Assembly: GCA_028534125.1 (NCBI GenBank)
Contig: CM052817.1
Span: 18,726,001 to 18,790,000, forward strand
Source of the DNA: Lama glama
Taxonomy: Eukaryota
Direction of reading: 5' to 3'
DNA: 64,000 bases
The notes under the pieces were generated by a model, which had not been told where the DNA came from, searched no databases, and saw nothing but the letters and a program-made list of their open reading frames with translations. The translations under genes and the position numbers were made by a program. This document shows, piece after piece, positions 37,806 to 51,020 of the stretch (position 1 is the stretch's first letter; each line of letters opens with the position of its first letter).

Positions 37806-38959
37806 ACACATGTAAGTACTCAGTCCAACAGGCTGAACTGCTAGACCATCATGGACAAGGATGTAAATAGTACTTTTACCACCTCTCTGGGGAGCACGTG
37901 TTATAAAGCTCTTAAGTATCTTTTTGAAGGAAATTCCGCTACTGAATGGAAGATATGATTTCACTCAGACCTGTAGCCACATATATGAGGTTCAGAGATT
38001 CTTACAGAGAAACAGGAGAGGCAAAGTTTTCTTAGAGATACTGTTGAAAGAAAACGTTCGTGATCTTCATTGAACTCGCAGCCGTATGAAGTAGGCCAAT
38101 CTCACAAGTGTTTAAATTTAGTGCCTGATGTACTGGGAGTTTGCTGGTGGTAAAAACACTGTAAACTGGCAAGAATCACGCTGAAGAAAGAATGGAGACA
38201 ATAACAATTCAGTACATTATTTTCAAAAACAGAATTAATTACTTTTAAAATATAAAATTGTGATTATGGGCATGTCCCACATTGAAAGTCAGTGATAGCA
38301 TACATCTATCAGCAAATTACTAATCTATAAGTGAAAAGACAAAGAGCCTTGATTGTCATGTCCCTGAGCAATAGTACCAAGCCTGACATATAAGCAAAGT
38401 TTGCTGTCCAAACTTTTCACACGAAATCAGTAGGTTTCAGGGTGTGGGGGAAGCATATATGTGGCATATCAAAATTCATGTTGTAACAAATTCTTCATCT
38501 TTTTAAACCTACTCGTAAATCAATCGCTGAATAGTCACCCCACATAAAATATTCTATGTATTAGCAAATATATTCTTCATATTAGAAATAAAATATATTC
38601 TCTTTTCCTAATTATATTTCCCTCTTGAAATGCCTGAACCACCTACACAAGCCAGTGACATGGTACTAGCTTCTATAAATTGAAATGGTTGGAGTTGAAC
38701 TTGCAAGGATGTTATTCAAATAGTGGATGCAGCTGTAAATGCGAGCATTCCATCTGATTGACAATCTTGGTGCTGTGAGGAGAAAGGTGAGCTGTCAGCT
38801 ATGACACTAATGAACTATTTGGCTGAGTAAATAGATTTTCTATGTGCAATGCAAAACATGTTGTTTTTAAAATTATATTCATAATTAAATGCTGCTAATA
38901 CTATGGAGCAATTTTATATACATGTCTAAGGCACATCAAATCAAAAATGAGCTCAGAGA

Positions 38960-39185
38960 AACAAGTTTCAAGTATCAGACAATGACTTTTATCACATATA
39001 TCGGTCTGCTACTTTCAATCTTATGACATTGGCTAGATAATTTAACCCAGTTTATTATCTGAAAAATGGGAATAAAAATTCTTACTTTACAGGGTTGTTG
39101 TAAGACGATTCAGATAGTGTTAAAAAGGTACATAGCTTGTGTCTGTGGCATGGGAAGTGTTCTATAAATGGTAGTTGTTTATTAA
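38960..39185 (+). mobile_element. MIR SINE
   Basis: cagtttattatctgaaaaatgggaataa...acagggttgttgtaag. Confidence 0.75.
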
Positions 39186-41673
39186 TAAAACTCAGGAAAA
39201 GAAACATCTAAAATACAGCACTGCGAAATTCTTCCCTAAACCGTAAACACTGCGCACTAATAGTTAAGTTTTATAAAATGAAATTTCTTCCACATGAAGA
39301 AATGACAAGTCAGAATTTGTATATTTGAAATTGATTTTGCACAGTCCCATAGGATAATTATAGTAGGCATTGCAGATAAAAATCCAATGGCTCCAAATTC
39401 TCATTAAAAATACTACAAAAACTGAAATCTTGAGAATTAGGGACAGGTCTAAAGAATTTCTATCAAATACAATGATAATAATAATGAATTATGCTTTTCA
39501 TATGAATATTATTTTATTTTTTGAAGGCCTTGTAAGTACCCTAAACTTACCTTTCTTTAAGGAATTTGGGTTAGAGCACTCAAAGGGGGAGATTTCAAAC
39601 AAGGTGGTTAATATAACAAAGGAGCCAAGACAATAGGGATGACCAGGGGCCTAGTGTCATATAGTTGATTTGTAAAGAACTTAGTGAAATTAAAACATTT
39701 ATTGATACACTGCTTTTAAAATTTTAGTTGATTTATTAGCTAATTCAGTCATTCAACAGACATATTGGATGACTTCCCTGTTGAAGATGTTGTGATCTGA
39801 GCAAATGAGGAAAGTGATGGGGTGTCAGTGGACCCGTGCAAGGAGGCACAGTGTCACCGCAGGAGCACATGCTGAAGCGCGTGGAGGACGGACGTTCTTT
39901 TCTCTTGTTGAGTCTACTTCGGGTACAACATGAATATTAAAATTTGGAGCCACTATCTCATGTTACTAAGTTCTGGCTTTATTCCACCATCTTTTCATTC
40001 TGCCTCAAGAGGCTGAAAGTGTTTTCCTTAGGTTTAAGTTTTATTTCTAAATTTTAGTCTCTATTCTAGTCTTGGAGGAGGGACTCTGGAATGCTTGGTC
40101 TCCTAAGCATTCTATTCCCTGGGCCACCTGAGGTTCACGCTTCCTCCTCTGCATTTTCTGTAGCACATAGAATCCCTCTGCTGCAGCACGTTGGGGTCTG
40201 GTGCCTCTCTTAGAAGGTAAAGCTTCGTCAAGTCAAGGCCATGTCCTAATCATTGCTGCATTTACAGGGTCAATCACACTGGGAAGTAACTCACATTCAG
40301 AGGGAATAAGGAACATCAAAGTCATTAACTAGCAAACACAAGTCTTCACGTTTCTATAGCTAATTCTGATCTTCGTTTCCTTGGATAAATTAAACTGTTT
40401 TCAGAAAATCAGCCTTTTATATACATTTTCCCACATGCTTTTCTAATATTTTATTATGTTTATTGGATGATTAACAGTTGCCTGAAACTAGTGAATACGT
40501 TTTATACCTCCATGTGTAAAATGGAGAGGCTAGTGCAAAAGTTAAAAACAAAACCAAACAGCAAACAGCCAAACAAACTTAAAAGCCAGACAACCAAAAA
40601 AGCTGCAAAAGCTTTCTGTGTGTGTGAGTGGAAGGAGTTGTCAGTTGGCTTTTGGAATAGTTGGGAGCTGGCCATCAGGCTTGCCCTTCTGTGTCTGCAT
40701 CTGTTGACTCTCCTGGGGCTGTTCTCTTCTGTTTCTTTGCCTGTCTTTCTTAGGGTAGCTTTTGTTGTGCGTGTGCATATGCTATCTGGGTGCCTGGCTC
40801 TTGGGTTTCTCTGCATATGAAGATTGGGTTGGGGAAGTCATAATGTACCTTTTGTCTTTCAATTGATTTCACTTCTGCTGGCCTGAGTTAGTGTGGCCCA
40901 CGGAGTTTCAGGGTATCACAGAGCTGACGAGCTTCCTTTGCACTGCGTGCCTCTGATCTTTCACTTTCACTAACTGGTGGCACTAGTGGTCAGTATTCTC
41001 CCCTCTCCATCTTCAATAAATTTTAATTTCTTAAAATCCTTTGGACATGGATCCTTCTACACTTTGGGTTCCCTCCGCTTTGTTAGTTTCATACTTTTTT
41101 TATTAACTGCATTAGTTTATTACCATTTTAGTAGGTCTTGAGAGTGAGACAAGTTAAACATCTGTTTTCCTCAATCTTACGTATTATTCTGGAATCGGCC
41201 CCCCTTCTCAATATTGTTTAAGTATTTGTTCAACATTTGGAACGTGTGGAGGGATTACAGTAAAAATCAGGAACCTCAGATTGAGTATAAAACAAGGAAT
41301 CTATCAGTACTCTGATCGTAACTGAGAGTCTTATTTTATTTAGAACTTTTCTCCAAACTTTTCTGCTGCTAAAACCTAGATACCAACAGTCATCATGCAC
41401 AGTCAGGATGGAGGGGATTTGCATGGATACAGCACAAGTGAAAGTATTTTCAGGTTACTTTTCCTATCTTCCATGTTGACAAAATTGGCCCCCAATCTCT
41501 GTGTTCTTGCTTCAGTGTTCTTCTAAGATTTTCCTAACCGCACAGTTCTTGGAAGGTATATTAAAAGGCACAAAATGTGAATAATGAAGTAAATCCTATG
41601 ATCCTGCCCTACATTATTTGTATTCAGAATTTCATCTGATTGGAGTATTTTCAGGAGATCCAAACTGCTCATC

Positions 41674-41689
41674 TCAAGGTCAGAGGTCA
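41674..41689 (+). promoter_or_regulatory. Perfect DR1 nuclear-receptor element overlapping an extended TCAAGGTCA half-site
   Basis: TCA AGGTCA G AGGTCA; motif match only, no functional evidence. Confidence 0.4.
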
Positions 41690-42489
41690 ACCAGTGGCCG
41701 GAGAGTAAAAGGCATCCTTTCACCCCGCAGAGATCTGTTGTGCCTAACAAAATGTTTGTGCCTTTATCTGGTTTCAAGTGACCACCCAAGGCACAGTCTA
41801 CTTCATGGGGAGGGGACGAGTTTTACATTTCATGTAGCTCTAACGGCAGCTGTAGGAAGTGAAGCTACTTAAGGTTTAGTTCAGCATCTTCCCAGTGATG
41901 TTCTTCCTGCTGCTTTTCCTGTCCCGTCCCGGGTAGCTGATGCCTGGTTTGCTTTTTGACCTTCCTGCCCAAGGAAAGGATATTTAGCACCGGGCCTCCA
42001 GTAAATTTCTGATGCTCCAATTCTGATGGAAGTGACAAGATACTTACTTCCACTGTTTGTCAGCTTGTTACCTGCTTCAAAATCTCCCTTTCCTTTTGAG
42101 ACTAGGGCTTTCAAAAGAGCTTCCGTGTTTCTTCACAGTTGTGAGACAAATACCATTTCAGGGCCACGGTGCATTGACTCACACTGTCCTACCCGTGACG
42201 CCTTTTCATCCTGGCTCTCATTTGCACCTATGAAGAACATTCTGGTCATTCAACATCCAGTGAAAATGTTATCCCTTCATAAAATGGCTTCCAGTATGTT
42301 TAGCCAGAAATAACTACTTGCTTTCAACTATCATGAAAATTTTTGGTATTATAGTCAATTAGGAAGATGTCTCATCTCCTCTCCCAGATGGCAAGTTCCT
42401 CAAATATCAAGACATGTCTCATTATTTTTTATACTATATGTATACAGTTGCATACTATACAGTAGTATTAGTTATAGTAATACCAGCAA

Positions 42490-42730
42490 TTACACTAGCA
42501 AACACACGTTGAATGATTTCTCTATGCAGACATTTTCTAAGGGCTCTATACACATTTTCTTGTTCAGTTCCCATGAGTATGTGAGTTAGGAGTCAATGTT
42601 GTCCTTTTTTCACCTCTGAGGAAACTGGGACCTAGAGAGGGTACACAATTTCCAGGAGTCTTACAGCTTCTAGAGTTTAGAGCTATTTTCAAACTCAGAT
42701 CTACTTTAATTCAACTAAGCTTTTGTCCCT
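42490..42730 (-). mobile_element. MIR SINE
   Basis: tgaggaaactgggacctagagaggg core; lies between L2-like 3' pieces. Confidence 0.7.
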
Positions 42731-43096
42731 CCTCAAAAATATAGACAAATATAGGACTGGCACATAGTAGATGATTAATAAAAATGCTTTGTGTGAAACT
42801 ATGCCTTTTTATGAGCAATTTAAATCAAAATTTTTCCAGAGAAATAAGCAAAGTGCATTTTACCTAGTTTCTGTCATGTTTCCTTTTTGCAGTGAGTGGC
42901 CCAGCATACACATTCACATCACAAAAAATATCATTATGTCACATCCTAGAATAGGCTTCCTGTCTCTCCTGTCTCTTTTATTCAGCATATTCAAGTGTTA
43001 AGACTCCCATTACTTTTGTAAGATAAACTCCTTTTGATAGCACTCTTATAAACAGAATTTAGGGGCAGGTATATCTTTGCCTGAACAAGTAGACAT

Positions 43097-43572
43097 TGTA
43101 TTCTTAGGGTATAGAATTGCCATCTATTTGAGAACCACAAAAAAATCCCATGAACAAGATTGAAGTAGTTCATTTTGCCCACACATAAAGGCTGAGCTGG
43201 TGTAATGGCTCAGCTGTGTGAGTCATCAGAGACCTGGGATCTTTCTGTCTTGTTGCTCTGCTATTTCTAAGGGGTCACACTTATCTTCATAACTCAAGAC
43301 AATTCACTCTCATTTATTCATAGCAGCCAGGAATGGGGTGTGAGGGCAGGACCATGCACTTTATCTGTAAAGGCACAATCTGGGATGTTCACCTGCCACC
43401 TCCCTTATACCGCATCGTCTGGAACTCAGGCATGTGGCTCTGCCCGGCCACCAGGAATGCCAGGAAATGTAGTCTGTAATCGAAGGGACTGTATGCTGAG
43501 CTAAACATTCCATTACAATGAAAAGAGAGGCAGGGGATATATATTAGAGAAGAAATAGCAGTATCTCCTGCA
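43097..43572 (-). mobile_element. MLT1J-like MaLR solo LTR
   Basis: gtcatcagagacctggg..ctttctgtcttgttgctctgc...ggaaatgtagtct. Confidence 0.75.
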
Positions 43573-45309
43573 GATTTGATCACATTATACTTGGTTTTGT
43601 ATGCTGAAGAAAAACTTGTTAGAATCTGTCCATGTATTTTTCCTTTAATACGTACAGTGGCAAACTTCAGGTGTAGCACAGAACATAATATCAATTGAAA
43701 ATGTACATTACTCATACCTAAGTATATCTTAGGTATTTATACATTGGGTTTGTAATTGGCATCTGATTTTGGAGTGGAAAAAAAAGTGATGCTATTGTAC
43801 CTAAGAAACGTTTCCATGCCAGTGAGTCCTGCCTCCAACTGCCCCTTCTTTGAGTGACCATTTCAGTGCAGATGCATAAACTTTAACCATATTAATGGAG
43901 AGTAACAATTCCAAAAGCCATTGAGGATGGCATGGAGTATTTTGGGCAAGGGATGAAATTTTGTCAGCACTGTAAAATGTGCCGTTTGAATAAAATAACT
44001 TTGACATATAAAATAAAAGATTTTGATAAAGCTATTAAGCCCTCTTTTCTCTATTTCAGTAAGAAGGATCAAATGAGCAGCCTTCTTTTGTCTAGGGGAA
44101 AAGAAGAAGGAAAGAAAAGAAATTTGTGCTATGATCTGTGGAATCAAGGTTTGACGGACAGGTAGACGAGAGTTCCAAAACAAGAAGGAAAAGTGAAATG
44201 TATTACCTAGGGAGTGTCGAAAAGATTGTGAAGGGCAAAGTGGAATTTCTAGAATTGTATGTGACTTTACCAAGAGTCAATGGATAATGTGATAACATTT
44301 CAACTGTTTTCTATTCATAACGAATTGCCTCATGCAAATTTATTATGAAAGTTTATTTCTATGCAAGCCAACGGTCCTATTTCTAAATAATTTGATTCAA
44401 TCAGTGCACATCACAGCACCTCTTGTGATTCATTCTGCCCTTATGTATTTGGTAAATGAACTAATGAAAGGTCAGCATCAGGCTTTTTCAATGCCCTGCT
44501 GTGGAAATATTCAGGGAATATATGATTATAGAAGTAAGATAATATTACTCATCTGCTCCCATTCTTTCTGATTAAGTCTCAACATTTGATTTGAAAGTTC
44601 ATATGTAAACGTATTTTACCAAAGAGAATCAAACCTGGACACATAAACCATATTCTTGATGGTGATTTTGAAGAATTTCTTTTAGAATTTTTATTCTCAC
44701 TTTCTGCTGTGTACCGCCTGACTTATTTCTTCCTGTGAGTCTAGTTACTTGGCAACAACATCCTTTCTTCCTGAATCTTAGCAAATGCTTTTAAAGATGA
44801 CATGATTGTGAACGCTGTAATCTAGAAAATAAACGGACTAAGTTTTAATAAGGTGGCCTAGTTAAAAAGAAACACGTAGTCTATTTTAGTTCTACACCGT
44901 CACAGAATCAGAAGGTTGGAGCTGGGAGCCTTAGAGATTTGGGGGTCAAGTTCCCACGTTGCACAGACGAGAATAGAGTCAGTCATGTTAGTTTTCGTTT
45001 CCATTTCTGTTTTTCATGTCAGAATCAGAAGTTGCAAAGCAAAGGAAGAATCCAGAGACTGTAGAGGAGTCTGTTTCTAACATCACTGCTTTCATAGGAA
45101 TTCTAGCACTGGAAGAAGAGTTTACAGTTTTCCTGCACTTGCTGTAGAAGAAACTGATGGTTTCACTTTTTTATGTGTGTTTTGTTTTAGACATAGTATA
45201 TTTGTCTACAGCTCAAATCATATATATAATAAAGGTAGAACACCTTAATTCATAGTCCTATGTGAATGGCACATAGTAAGAAAGGGTAATTCCTGAGAAG
45301 AAAATCAAC

Positions 45310-45700
45310 ATGACAGACTCCTATCACCAGCCAGCTCTATATGGACATCAAGCAGGAATCTCATATTCTTCTAAAATGTCTAAAACAGAATTCTTGATTT
45401 CCTCTCCAAATCAGTTATTCAGGACAAAAATCAAGATGTCATCTTTGAGGCTTCTTTTTCTCTCTTAACATCAAATCCAGTTTATCAGCAATGCTTATTA
45501 ACCCTACCTTCAAAATATACCCCTAATCCTGCCACTTCTCACCTCCTCATCATCTCTGCACTAAGTGAAGACACAGTTATGGCTCATCTGAGTTCCCAGA
45601 CCAGCTTCCTAACTTCCCTCCCTACACACTTCCCCTGTCCACTCTTCTCAGCCGAGAGGCCAAAGTCATCTTTCCTAAAAGCATATCATTCCTTAGCATC
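45310..45700 (+). mobile_element. L2 LINE fragment
   Basis: tgtctaaaacagaattcttgattt...ctaccttcaaaatatac...ccacttctcacc...cagcttcctaact. Confidence 0.8.
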
Positions 45701-46844
45701 CTCTGACTCTAAGGGGAGAAATTCAGACACACTTAAATAATAGATGCTGGTGGCAGTGGGAAAAAAAAGTGGGAAAAAACAGCAAATGCCCACGACAGGA
45801 TGGAGGGAATAAAGCCAATATCACTTAAATGATTTTAATGATGTCTCACTATGGAGTCTAGAACTGCTGAGTTTACTGTGTGGGGAAAATGTTAAAAGCC
45901 TCAGAAGGGTTGATAAGCCGATGGACTTCCATAAAGAGTTATATGTAAAGGCAGTGAAAGAGAAACAAATATATTGTTATTGAATTTAAAAAAAAAAAAA
46001 ACAACAGCTTTGAGTTCAAGAATGCATTATATCTGGAGTTTAGATTCTGTGGTGTGATAAAAAAAGGAGAAAAAAAGCCATCAACTATTTTAGCCCCAGA
46101 GTCATTTCAGGTTATTTATAACAAAGGTTATTGAAAGAAGGATGAGAGCTCACATTTGAACAGCCAAAGACTTACGAAACAAATGTCTGTTTGTTAATAA
46201 GAAAGAGCAGGCGCAAGCCTGGGATGCAAGCTTGGAGGAAGGCTGCCATTCTGCTCAGGAACAGTAGATGGCGGTGGTGTGCCAGAAGAGAGCTTGGCGG
46301 GTTGGGACTGAGGCTTGCAGGAGGTGGTTTATGCAGGTGCAGGCTAAAAAAGACACTGTTTTGTCTGAGGAACTGTAAATTGTATTCATGATTCACATAT
46401 CATTATTAATTCATTTTGTATTCATTATCATACGGCAGCTTCATCTGGCATTTAGGCAGATGTCAGAGTGTAGGCACTTCCGGGAGCTGTCAGTGCAGGT
46501 TCAGACCAGGCTATCTGTGTGCTGATTTTTGTGGATACTAAGTGAAGAGGAGAAATGCTTTTTTTTTTTTTTTTAACCACGACACAATTTGGCTGAAGAC
46601 TGTACCAGGGATTGCCCAGCTAATGACTTTCAGTGTCTAATTCTGTGATTACTGTGTGTGTCGTTACTTGCCTCTGCATATTTTTGGCAGATTAAGTCTG
46701 GCAAATGAGAATCTCCCAGGTTGGAGAGCTCTGAATGAGATAAAAATTTAATAATCTTATTGCTGACCCAGCCACTATGGGTAGAACAGATAATCCTTTA
46801 ATAATGTACTTCAGAAGCCTGGTTTGCATAGCCAGAGACTGGAG

Positions 46845-47030
46845 GCAGCCTGGTGTAGTGGGGAGAGAGGCTTTGAGACAGAAAAATGATGGACTGTGGT
46901 GTTGGCTCTGCCACTAACTAGCTCTGGGACTTTGGGACAATCAATTAACCTTCCCAGGTCTCTGGTTCTTAATCTATAAAATTAAGGGATTGCATGAGAT
47001 CATCCCAAAAGTCCCCTCCCTTGCTAAAAA
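46845..47030 (+). mobile_element. MIR SINE
   Basis: ggcagcctggtgtagtgg...tggctctgccactaactagctctgggactttggg. Confidence 0.8.
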
Positions 47031-48039
47031 TAGCAAAATTTCCTGATTAAAAAAAAAGCGCATATCACATAGAGTTTTAAAACTCTTCTTTGTGACCTAC
47101 TTCAAATCAGATGAGTTGTAAAGCTCGCCATGAATTGTACGAGCGTATCATCTGTGAGTAAATGCACCTCAAGCTGTTACGAGTGTGATTTCTTACCAGG
47201 GGCTGGGGCAGTATCACATAGAAGTAACAATACCTGGTCTTGAAGCCTTTCTTAAATCTCCGAAAGGACAGAAGAAAAACGTCAAGAGGAGAGTCTAATT
47301 TCAGGACTACTTTCTTATGAACACAATTTGACAAACTGTGTTTCCTGCCGTGGCGCACGCCTCCCAAACGTGCAAAGCGCTGATCCATTTGGAAACATCT
47401 CCGAACGCGAAACCAGCTTTTTCTCAGTGCAGAAGTCAGTCTAGAAATGAAGCAGATGCTCAGAGAAGCTCATTAACTCTTTGAGGATAGGAGATACTTC
47501 TCTCCACTGCAGTATGGAAACTGAGTTCTCTGATACGGTGTATCCAGTCTCTTTTGCTCCCTGATTAACACAGGAAATAGTGGGCTGATTGGTAAATTCC
47601 CAAATAAAAAGCATTGATATTGAGCAGTCAGACAGATCTAGTGGATAAAGATAAGCAGGTTCTTTAGGGGAAAACCATGTTTGACTAATTTTTTTTAAAG
47701 AGATGGCCAGTAACATGATAAGTGTACACATTTATAATTTCAAAACTTTGGACAGGGTTTCAAAGGATGAATATTTCGTTTAAGAGCAACTGTCAGAAAG
47801 GGGAAGATGTTTTGTCGTAGATCTCACACTTCCACCTCTTTGATAATGAATGGATGAGTGAAGCATGAAAAGAACAATCCCTCAGGCATCAAAGTTGAGA
47901 CTCATTGTTCAGTCTGATTATCCAAGATCAGGTAGAGGGAGTCCCAGTCTTCCGTCAAGTCTGCAGGTGATGTAAGCTCCTCAGTGCTACTAAATGCTGG
48001 ATCAATTGCGATTACATTCACGAGTGTTTCATTAGGTTA

Positions 48040-48620
48040 AAAGGACAGAAAAATGAGAAGGAACTTCATTCTACAAACACTAAGCAATTACTACGTGCTC
48101 GGAATTCTGTTAGTGCAGGAAATACGGAGATGTTCAGATACAGTTAAGAGAGCAGGTGTGTGCTACTGCAGTGAGTGATGTCCTTGGAGATCTTGGGTGT
48201 GATGAGGGAATGGGGTTACCTGGAGGTACTGAGGAGGACAACAGGAGTAAAACAAGACCAGGGTTTGTGAATAGCTGGAGGATAGGAAGGAGTAATGTAA
48301 ATTTAAAGGCAAGAAGTAGGATATGGAAAAACATGGGAAACTAAGAGAACATATAGTATTTATTGAGCATTAATTAGTGTGATATGACAGAGGGAAAAAA
48401 GATTCCTGAGGTTAAGTTGTGGGAGATGTGGTTAGGGAGGGAGTCAAGGGCCAGTTCTTGAGGGATGTTAGACTGTGGGAGCAGCAGGTGCTTTTAAGTG
48501 AGACAGACCCAGTCTTGAATACTTTCTTGTCATTTACTGTGTGTCTCTAGGAAGGTTGCTTAATTCTGAGTAACAGTTTCTTAATCTCTAATGTGAGGGT
48601 AGTGATGTCAACCTCAGAGG
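48040..48620. mobile_element. L2 (antisense) and MIR (sense) fragments
   Basis: L2 tail-like cattctacaaacactaagcaattactacgtgc; MIR-like catttactgtgtgtc...cagtttcttaatct. Confidence 0.5.
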
Positions 48621-49761
48621 CTCACTGTGCAGTTTTGACCTGGGTCTCTGCCGGTTGCCTGTCTGTCAAATGGAGAGCAACATCTCAGCTTTCAGGCAGG
48701 AGCATGAGGTTGGGGAAGCAGTACTGGATCTCTGTGAGCAATCCTCAGCTTTCTGTCCACAGACTGAAGAGAGGAAATTCCTCTAAGCATGGCCGTGGAC
48801 TGACTCTCCTTGTCTCCTTCTCAGCATCCTTAGGATGAGTGAATGTGATTGATAGCATCACCAGGTGTGTGACTTTAGAGGCAGCCTGCCTAAGGAACTT
48901 GATGGCAGAGGAAATCCCTCCTAACACTCCCAGATTGTGTCCTCTTAGCTCTTTCGGTTTCAAAATAAAGGTTCAGGTTCACTCAAGCTGTAACTGACCT
49001 CTCTAGAAAGATCACCTCTGCTCCTATTTCATGAAAACATTGCCACAGCAACATCTTTTTGCATCCTTTTGGACCTCTGGCATGCAGTTAACGCAGGCCC
49101 CAGAAAGCTAAGAAATGAAGAGTTTGCAAATTAAAATAACTTTCAACTCTAACTGCGACCTTCTAAGTTCACTTCCTATTCTATATTTTATCTAAAATTT
49201 GACCAGTTAGGTGATCCAGTAATACTGTGCAGGAAGCCAGGTGAAGTGTGTGAATAACACGATTATTCTAAGGATAAAATATTTTTAAATGTTATCACTT
49301 AAAACTTTGAGTACTATCTGCCATCATTAAATTCATAAGTAGAAATCGAAGCCCCGAATTGGAACCCTTATTCTGTTTAAAGTTAAAACTGAAAACAAAG
49401 TTTTAAGTTAAACCCCAAAGAAATTAATCCAAAAGTGAGGGGTTTTTTCTCTTTAATTTCTTTCTCTACTCAATTTCAGTCAGATAAGTCTTGGTCAATC
49501 ACCTGTGGAAATAGAGTTTCCCTTATTTGTTATAGCTTGGGTCCATTTATTGGAAGGACTAAGGTTCAGTCAGGACCTCTGAAATTCAAATACTTTTACT
49601 CAAAGTTTCTCATGTGCCCTAGTTTTCAGAAGTTCAAAAAATTAACCCACCACATGAGATCTTCACTGCACTGATACCAAACCCTCACCATTTGGAGAAC
49701 ACATGCAACCCCAGCGTCTACATGAGTTATTATACGTAAATGGTGTCCTTATAACCCAGTG

Positions 49762-49972
49762 CAGTTGACCCTTGAGCAATGTGGGGGTTAAGGGTGCCGA
49801 CCTTCCATGCAGTCAAAAATCCAAGTATAATTTATAGTCGGCCTTCCATACCCTTGGTTCTGTGGATTCAGCCAACCACTGGTCATGCGGTACCGCAGTA
49901 TTTACTACTGAAAATAATCTGCCTGTAAGTGGACACACACAGTTCAAACCTGTGTTGCTCAAGGGTCGGTTG
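49762..49972. mobile_element. MER8-like Tigger2-derived MITE, full length
   Basis: TIRs CAGTTGACCCTTGAGCAA / TTGCTCAAGGGTCGGTTG. Confidence 0.85.
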
Positions 49973-50734
49973 AACTTGGTTCAGTTCGAACCGAAATTAC
50001 TGTTAAAGACCAGAGACAGAAAGAAGAGTAAATTTCCTCAACAGTGTCTCTACTAGAATCTCAAGCAACTGGTTGTTCACAGTCTAAGACCTGTGAGCTT
50101 AGAGCCCACCTTCCGACATGACGGTGTACATTATAGCACCGTTCTTATCAGATAGCGGGGGGAGGACCCGCCTAAGCAAACCGATTCCCATCTCTCAGAA
50201 TATTATTTGAGACATTTGAGCCTTTTTGAAGAGTTTGCAAATTTGTACTAGTGGTTCCGTGACTGATTCCTTTTTTTCTCCATCCTCCATAATTTGAAAC
50301 CTATTAAATCCCCCACCCCTTGGATGCCGAGCAATGCTCTCTCTCCACGTTTGTCTCATCTGCAGAATCAGCAACAGCAGATCTCCGCCCTCAGGAGCGG
50401 CTCAGGCTTCAGAAGGTGTCGCCCCAGGAGACCCGGTAAATGCTGAGACTTTGTTACATGTGCTCACCCTGAGAGTTGCCTTTCCTCTGCTTTGCTTTTG
50501 GATTTCTCAGAACTGAAATAACTTGCTGTATTTTGCTGGCAAAGCACATCCTTTCTACCGTTTCATCTTTTTCTGCTACAGTGGGCTAGTCCTCAAATAC
50601 TTTGATCCTCTCCCTGTTTCTCCTTTCCAGAAGGCCCTGCTAAGTTTATTATTATTGATTCTTTGTCCTTAATGATTTACCCGTGACTGTTGCAAACTTT
50701 TGTTCGCTTAAGTTCTTTTATTATTATTAAGGCT

Positions 50735-51020
50735 TTTTAAAAAGAGAAATTAAATATGTTTAGAGCAAAATTAGGGGCAAGGTACAGATATTTCCCATAT
50801 ATTCCCATTTCTTCTGCCACCACACATGCAGAGCTTCCCCCATAATCAGCATCACCCACCAGAGGGGTAGTTTTGTTACAAATGATGAACCTACATTGAC
50901 ACATCAAAATCACCCATGGTCTGTAGTTTATGTTAAGGTTCACTCTTAGTGTTGGACATTCCATGAATTTGGACAAATCTATAGTGATGTATACCACCAT
51001 TATGGTATCATACAGAATAC
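50735..51020 (-). mobile_element. L1MC1/2-like 3' UTR fragment
   Basis: gatgaacctacattgacacatca...gtttatgttaaggttcactctt; reverse-complement similarity to 31920-32140. Confidence 0.9.

Noticed and set aside
39831..39875. EGF/follistatin-like peptide DPCKEAQCHRRSTC
   Set aside because: It is immediately followed by a stop, lacks the remaining cysteines and has no flanking splice sites; probably chance.
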